Source of the DNA: a virus
Strand: one strand, 5' to 3'
Virus record (IMG/VR): IMGVR_UViG_3300032285_000892
Coordinates: 55,149-119,148 of that record
DNA length: 64,000 nt
Below the pieces are notes generated by a model. The model did not search any database and had not been told where the DNA came from. It saw nothing but the letters and a program-made list of their open reading frames with translations. Made by a program: the position numbers and the translations under genes. Below are positions 59,683 to 64,000 of this stretch, in pieces. The stretch's first letter is position 1. Every line of letters starts with the position of its first letter.

Positions 59683-60728
59683 TAGCCTTTAACGTTTACA
59701 ATACCACCATTTAAATAATTCTTTCGAGATATGTTCCACTTGTCATTTTCAATGGCCCATTTTAAATCATCAATTGTTTCTAATACGCCTGGATACTTAT
59801 ATCCTCGTAGTTCAAAACCATCTCTAGCATTCTTCATGTCTTCTGTATCTAGTGTATAGATGAGAGGACTAAGATAGTTAGTGCTATCGCAGACAATAAA
59901 TCTAGGATACTCAACTTTATATCCTTGTTCTACTAGTTCATTGAAATGAAAATGACCTGCATGCCAATACAAAAATGCCTGGATGTAAGCTCTTCTATAA
60001 AGATAATATTCTTTGTAGAAACCTTCAACACTCCAAGTACATTTTAAATCATAAATCTGAATACTTTTATTCTTGTGATCTACAATGACTTTATCCATCA
60101 TAGACTTAAACTTATGACTATGTACTTGATAACCTTCTACCTGTAGTTGATTATACACATCAATATCAACTGTCTTTGTTTGATTGACAATTGCTGCAGT
60201 GATAGAATTATTTTGCAACTCCTCTACAATGCGCTCTGCGTTGGTTACATCTTTTATAGATACAACTGTCAAGCCTTGTGTTCTAACTGTCATGATCTCA
60301 TCAAAATACACTTCTGCTTCTGAGCCAATAAACTTCTTCATTACAGCATCATAAGTAATCTTGAATCCAGAATCTTTATATGCATCTAAGCATACATCAC
60401 CAAACTCACGAGTGATTGTACCGTCTTCACTAACAGCTGCTCTCATATGTTTATATAGAGCCTCTACAAAATCTAACATCAAACCTGTTGGTGCAGATTC
60501 ACACACAGATGGAAAGAACTTGTCATCAAACAATTCTGGTTCCATCAACTTAGTCTCAACAATCCTACCCATAGTGGCAGCTTTTGTCTCATCGTCTTCA
60601 ATCTTCTCTCCTAGTACATATTTACGATAGTACTTCTTGCGGTCCATTGAAAACTCTTTTAGACTAGAAGAGCTATCCATTACGATAGCTCTATAACTTG
60701 CTTCTGTTTTTAATTCTCCCTTTATCAT
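59682..60728 (-). CDS. PD-(D/E)xK (RecB/ExoVIII-like) exonuclease
   Basis: SSSSLK, KSMMDKVIVD..IYDLKCT, Y.QA.LY. Confidence 0.8.
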   Translation of the reverse strand: MIKGELKTEASYRAIVMDSSSSLKEFSMDRKKYYRKYVLGEKIEDDETKAATMGRIVETKLMEPELFDDKFFPSVCESAPTGLMLDFVEALYKHMRAAVSEDGTITREFGDVCLDAYKDSGFKITYDAVMKKFIGSEAEVYFDEIMTVRTQGLTVVSIKDVTNAERIVEELQNNSITAAIVNQTKTVDIDVYNQLQVEGYQVHSHKFKSMMDKVIVDHKNKSIQIYDLKCTWSVEGFYKEYYLYRRAYIQAFLYWHAGHFHFNELVEQGYKVEYPRFIVCDSTNYLSPLIYTLDTEDMKNARDGFELRGYKYPGVLETIDDLKWAIENDKWNISRKNYLNGGIVNVKG

Positions 60729-61009
60729 TTTTCGTTTCTCATTTCTAAATATGATTCAATAATCTTGTCATTCATTCTTCTAATTTCCATAGGAACTTGT
60801 TTGAAGAACCATCTCACTTCTATCTCATACACATTCCCTGCTGGGTCTGGTGTCTGAGGATCGATGAGCCAAAACTTGTGCTCTGCACCTTCTACAGTTA
60901 CAGAACCTTCGTACCACACCTCAACTATTGAGGGCTTACGATCTATACTAACTTGCACTTGTTTTTCCACTTCTTTCGTTTTGTGTTTTAACATCATGAC
61001 ACTTCTCAC
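60725..61009 (-). CDS. Hypothetical protein
   Basis: 94 aa; start uncertain, overlaps the upstream HNH gene. Confidence 0.5.
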   Translation of the reverse strand: MRSVMMLKHKTKEVEKQVQVSIDRKPSIVEVWYEGSVTVEGAEHKFWLIDPQTPDPAGNVYEIEVRWFFKQVPMEIRRMNDKIIESYLEMRNEK

Positions 61010-61364
61010 ACATTACCTGTAAGTTCTCTTGTTCACAGAATAAACGCTCTATGAATCCTGCAAGATCTTTAGAACAAGTTAGTGTACCTGCAGGGATAAT
61101 ATGATCAACGTTAATCTGTTTCTCTGGATACCATCCTTTACACTCGTTACACTGATACTCATACTTCATTCTCTTGTTAGGACCTGTGTACGGCCTCCTG
61201 GCTTTTTGTTTACACTCAGTGATTGGCTTCCACCATCTACTCTTATTTCTAAGTGCACTGCGTATAAACGACCAGAAGGCCGACTCAGTCATTGTTCCAC
61301 TATTTCTAGTTTTAGCAACTCTTGATCTCTTAACAGGTATTTTCTTTTGTATTCTCTTAGCCAT
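60948..61364 (-). CDS. HNH/Zn-ribbon endonuclease-like protein
   Basis: YQCNEC..VDHIIP..NLQVMCEKCH. Confidence 0.75.
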   Translation of the reverse strand: MAKRIQKKIPVKRSRVAKTRNSGTMTESAFWSFIRSALRNKSRWWKPITECKQKARRPYTGPNKRMKYEYQCNECKGWYPEKQINVDHIIPAGTLTCSKDLAGFIERLFCEQENLQVMCEKCHDVKTQNERSGKTSAS

Positions 61365-61382
61365 ATCTCACTTTAAGTGATA

Positions 61383-61390
61383 CAAAGCTA
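61383..61390 (-). promoter_or_regulatory. -7 promoter-like element
   Basis: Minus strand TAGCTTTG 18 nt upstream of ATG 61364; no spaced -33 seen. Confidence 0.3.
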
Positions 61391-61391
61391 A

Positions 61392-62936
61392 TTAAATTTC
61401 GTTAACTCTCTTAGAAATGACATAATTCATTCTAGTAAGATTGCTAACGATATTAGTCACCTCTTCCATAGAGACGGTAGGAAAATTAACAGAATACTTC
61501 TTAGCTTCTGCTGTGAATCCCACCTTAACTTTGTTCTCAAGACCTGTCATCTCACGGATAGTAAACTCTTCATCTAACTGCATAGTATCAAAGTCTAGAT
61601 CATGAAGAAGCTTTGTAGCCTCCTCACGAGGAACAGTCATGATTGGAAGATACTCCCAACATCTACCCTTGCTTTCACCAATACCAACAACCTTCATTGG
61701 ATTGATTAACACAAGGACAGATTGATCACCACAGCCTACATAATGGATCTCATCAGATGTGAAGTGCAAACCTTCTGCACCACAATCGTCTGTATTCCAA
61801 CGACACTTAGCAGGATCCATGTTTACCACTTGTCCAATACGAATGTCAAATGTACCAGTGTGTGCATCTGTAAAACGATTCTCCTCACGATTAGGTAGAT
61901 CAAGATACAACTCTGTTAAGTTACCAATGAATTCACCATGATTTACAGCCCACGTGTTAGTGTGAGTGTATTCATCTACATCTCCTGCACCACCGCATTG
62001 TTCACATTCTATCCATTCCTCTTCACCATATGGCATACCATAATAATCACGATCTTCATCATCAGCTTCCCGTCCACCTTCTCCTAAACAGTCTGGACAT
62101 GTTGTAGTTGTATGAGTTTCGTCTTTAAATAGATCTTCATGATGTACAAGCTTGTATTGACCATCTTGTAAGAACACACCATAGTTGTCTGGACTCTTCT
62201 TCCATACAGCTTTCACTTTGTTGTAAGACTCACTGACAAACTGTACAAACTCTGTACCACCATGGATAGTGACAACGTTACGTAGAGCTGTGAAGAAACC
62301 TTGCTTGGTAATCTTAAAACTATTCTTCTTCAAGAAGTTGAATAGCTTATCGGCTACCTCAGCACGTGGATTCAAACAGCACCACATCCAGAAGTTGTAT
62401 AGAGCTGTGAAGTTATCATCATAGTCTAAGCTCACTAATGGATTGTGCTTAGATATAACCAATAAGAATTCCTCTACTAACAATGGAGGAAGACTACGGC
62501 TGATACCTTTAACATACACAGAACCATCACGCACCTCGAAGTAATCAGGATAGCTAGCAAGCTTCTTAGCACCTTCTGCTAAAGCTTTCATCTTCTCGAT
62601 CTCTTGTTCCTTTGAGCGTTTGTCATCATACACTTCTTGCACCATACAGATAGCAAACAGTTCCACTTCATTCTTTGCATTACGTGCTCTTTGGAAATCA
62701 TCAACACTAGCAGGATGCTTGCTGATAATATTCCCATCGTTTAACACAACAGTAAGCACATCATTAACAAACTTGATGTTTGAATACGGCTTATCATTTA
62801 TACCATTAGTACCAGATATACCATCAGCACCTGATGTTCCATTAGTACCAGATGGAGTGTTGTCTTTCAACAACATCTCCATAACCTTTGTGTCTCTATC
62901 AATAAGAGACTTGAAAAACTCTAAACTTGTGTTCAT
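61392..62936 (-). CDS. rIIB: rIIB-like protein with inserted DnaJ-type Zn finger and Gly-X-Y linker
   Basis: F.ITKQGFF.ALR.V; GQVVNMD..C..EGLH..LVLINP.KVV..KGRCWEY is the rIIB C-terminal pattern. Confidence 0.7.
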   Translation of the reverse strand: MNTSLEFFKSLIDRDTKVMEMLLKDNTPSGTNGTSGADGISGTNGINDKPYSNIKFVNDVLTVVLNDGNIISKHPASVDDFQRARNAKNEVELFAICMVQEVYDDKRSKEQEIEKMKALAEGAKKLASYPDYFEVRDGSVYVKGISRSLPPLLVEEFLLVISKHNPLVSLDYDDNFTALYNFWMWCCLNPRAEVADKLFNFLKKNSFKITKQGFFTALRNVVTIHGGTEFVQFVSESYNKVKAVWKKSPDNYGVFLQDGQYKLVHHEDLFKDETHTTTTCPDCLGEGGREADDEDRDYYGMPYGEEEWIECEQCGGAGDVDEYTHTNTWAVNHGEFIGNLTELYLDLPNREENRFTDAHTGTFDIRIGQVVNMDPAKCRWNTDDCGAEGLHFTSDEIHYVGCGDQSVLVLINPMKVVGIGESKGRCWEYLPIMTVPREEATKLLHDLDFDTMQLDEEFTIREMTGLENKVKVGFTAEAKKYSVNFPTVSMEEVTNIVSNLTRMNYVISKRVNEI

Positions 62937-62948
62937 TTTTGTGATTGT

Positions 62949-64000
62949 TTATACTATTTTATAATTACTAAGATTCATACGCATATTCTTGTAACGACAC
63001 ATATCCTTTAAGACATCCATCATCGCATTGTTATGTAACACTTGACCAGAATAACCTGTCATTGTACCACAGATCTTATTGATAAAAGTATGTTTAGATA
63101 ATAGCTTCTCCACACGAGAGAGCTTTGTAAACACCTCTAAGTCATAAAGATTGTATTTGGCTGCATGTTCTTCTAGCTTAAGCTCTTTACCAGTAGCTTC
63201 ACCTTTTGCCCATGACCAATTTCTAAGTTCATAGTATGCAGCCAACTCAGTTAGATCATCACTCAATTGTTCAGATAAGCCTGATAATCTTTTACGGCAA
63301 TTGAATGTGTTTCTATAAACTTCTCTTACACGCCCTATCAACAAAGCTGTCATCATTCTCTTAAATGGTTTGTTATGACCCTTCAGGAATGTATCTAAAG
63401 GCATAAAGTTATGAAGATTGTATATCTCCAATACCTTAATCTCTCTATCAGACATAATGACAAACTTTATCTCTCTCTCTTGTTGTTTGAACAAGCCAAA
63501 TAGATAGTCAAGCTTAGCACGATCTTCTTCCTTAGCATAAACAGTGAGCATCTTTCTCTTGTGAAGATCTTTACCATCATACACTGTAGGAACAAACTTA
63601 GCATTAGATCCTGTCTCTCTTTCTGGAGATGTAGCTTCCTTAAAATTTACATCACCCTTCTCCTTCACCTTACCATTCTTGGCAGCTTTAGGTTTAGGCT
63701 TGTAGTTCTTAAGTTTGTCTGCAACAATCCATGCTTCAGGAACATCAATAGCATCTAAGTCTATAAATCCTTTAGTGAGACCAGCTTGCAATCTTTGGAA
63801 TTCTGTGATAATAGCTCTCCATTGTGCTTTAGGATGACGATATAGCTTTAACAAGTCATGATAACAACGCATGTCTGGATTGCTAAAAGCACTATCAGTT
63901 GTCCAGTCTTTGCTCTTAGAGAACAATGTGAAAGGTTTGCTCTTTCTAATGAACTTTACACTTTGTTTTGCCCATAGCTCCTTGATGTAACGACGCTTAC
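62949..64000 (-). CDS. Probable rIIA-like protein, C-terminal part (5'-truncated)
   Basis: Frame is open to the window end (KRRYIKELWAKQ...); lies directly upstream of rIIB. Assigned mainly by synteny. Confidence 0.5.
   Translation of the reverse strand, partial: KRRYIKELWAKQSVKFIRKSKPFTLFSKSKDWTTDSAFSNPDMRCYHDLLKLYRHPKAQWRAIITEFQRLQAGLTKGFIDLDAIDVPEAWIVADKLKNYKPKPKAAKNGKVKEKGDVNFKEATSPERETGSNAKFVPTVYDGKDLHKRKMLTVYAKEEDRAKLDYLFGLFKQQEREIKFVIMSDREIKVLEIYNLHNFMPLDTFLKGHNKPFKRMMTALLIGRVREVYRNTFNCRKRLSGLSEQLSDDLTELAAYYELRNWSWAKGEATGKELKLEEHAAKYNLYDLEVFTKLSRVEKLLSKHTFINKICGTMTGYSGQVLHNNAMMDVLKDMCRYKNMRMNLSNYKIV

Noticed and set aside
1-64000. Stop-codon reassignment as in some crAss-like phages
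   Set aside because: Very long ORFs and near-complete coding density under the standard code; TAG and TGA both act as stops in coupled gene junctions.

Overview
AT-rich segment of a large lytic dsDNA phage genome. It is crAss-like (Crassvirales-related), judged by the giant virion RNA polymerase with a DFDID motif flanked by other large ejection-type proteins. The host is very probably Bacteroidota, because TTG-N19/20-TAnnTTTG promoters and SD-less A-rich translation starts recur. The standard genetic code is used. There are four transcription blocks. (1) + strand, 1-33023: ejection proteins, a 4164-aa virion RNAP, a 2222-aa proline-free Gly-X-Y (Gly-Thr/Ser-Ser/Asn) collagen-like fibre with a glycosyltransferase (GT) and methyltransferase directly behind it, and a second fibre. 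(2) - strand, 33000-39972: a pure glycosylation cassette with an Aah/TibC-like protein O-heptosyltransferase, two multi-domain GTs, a GT9 and an FkbM methyltransferase. (3) + strand, 40024-51242: lysis genes, modular virion/appendage proteins, an HPAT/SERGT-like GT next to a Thr-tailed protein, a ferritin-like protein and many small basic proteins. (4) - strand, 51311-64000: more GTs and a methyltransferase, then GroES-like, HNH, DUF3310-like, dUTPase, RecA, class II RNR, PD-(D/E)xK nuclease and rIIB/rIIA-like genes. Best candidate for an undescribed system: a phage-encoded protein O-glycosylation machinery (about 10 GT genes and 3 methyltransferases) acting on Pro-free Gly-Thr-Ser collagen-like and Thr-rich virion fibres. 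Short Gly-X-Y tags also recur in unrelated genes. All family assignments come from motif recognition by eye; no database searches were run.
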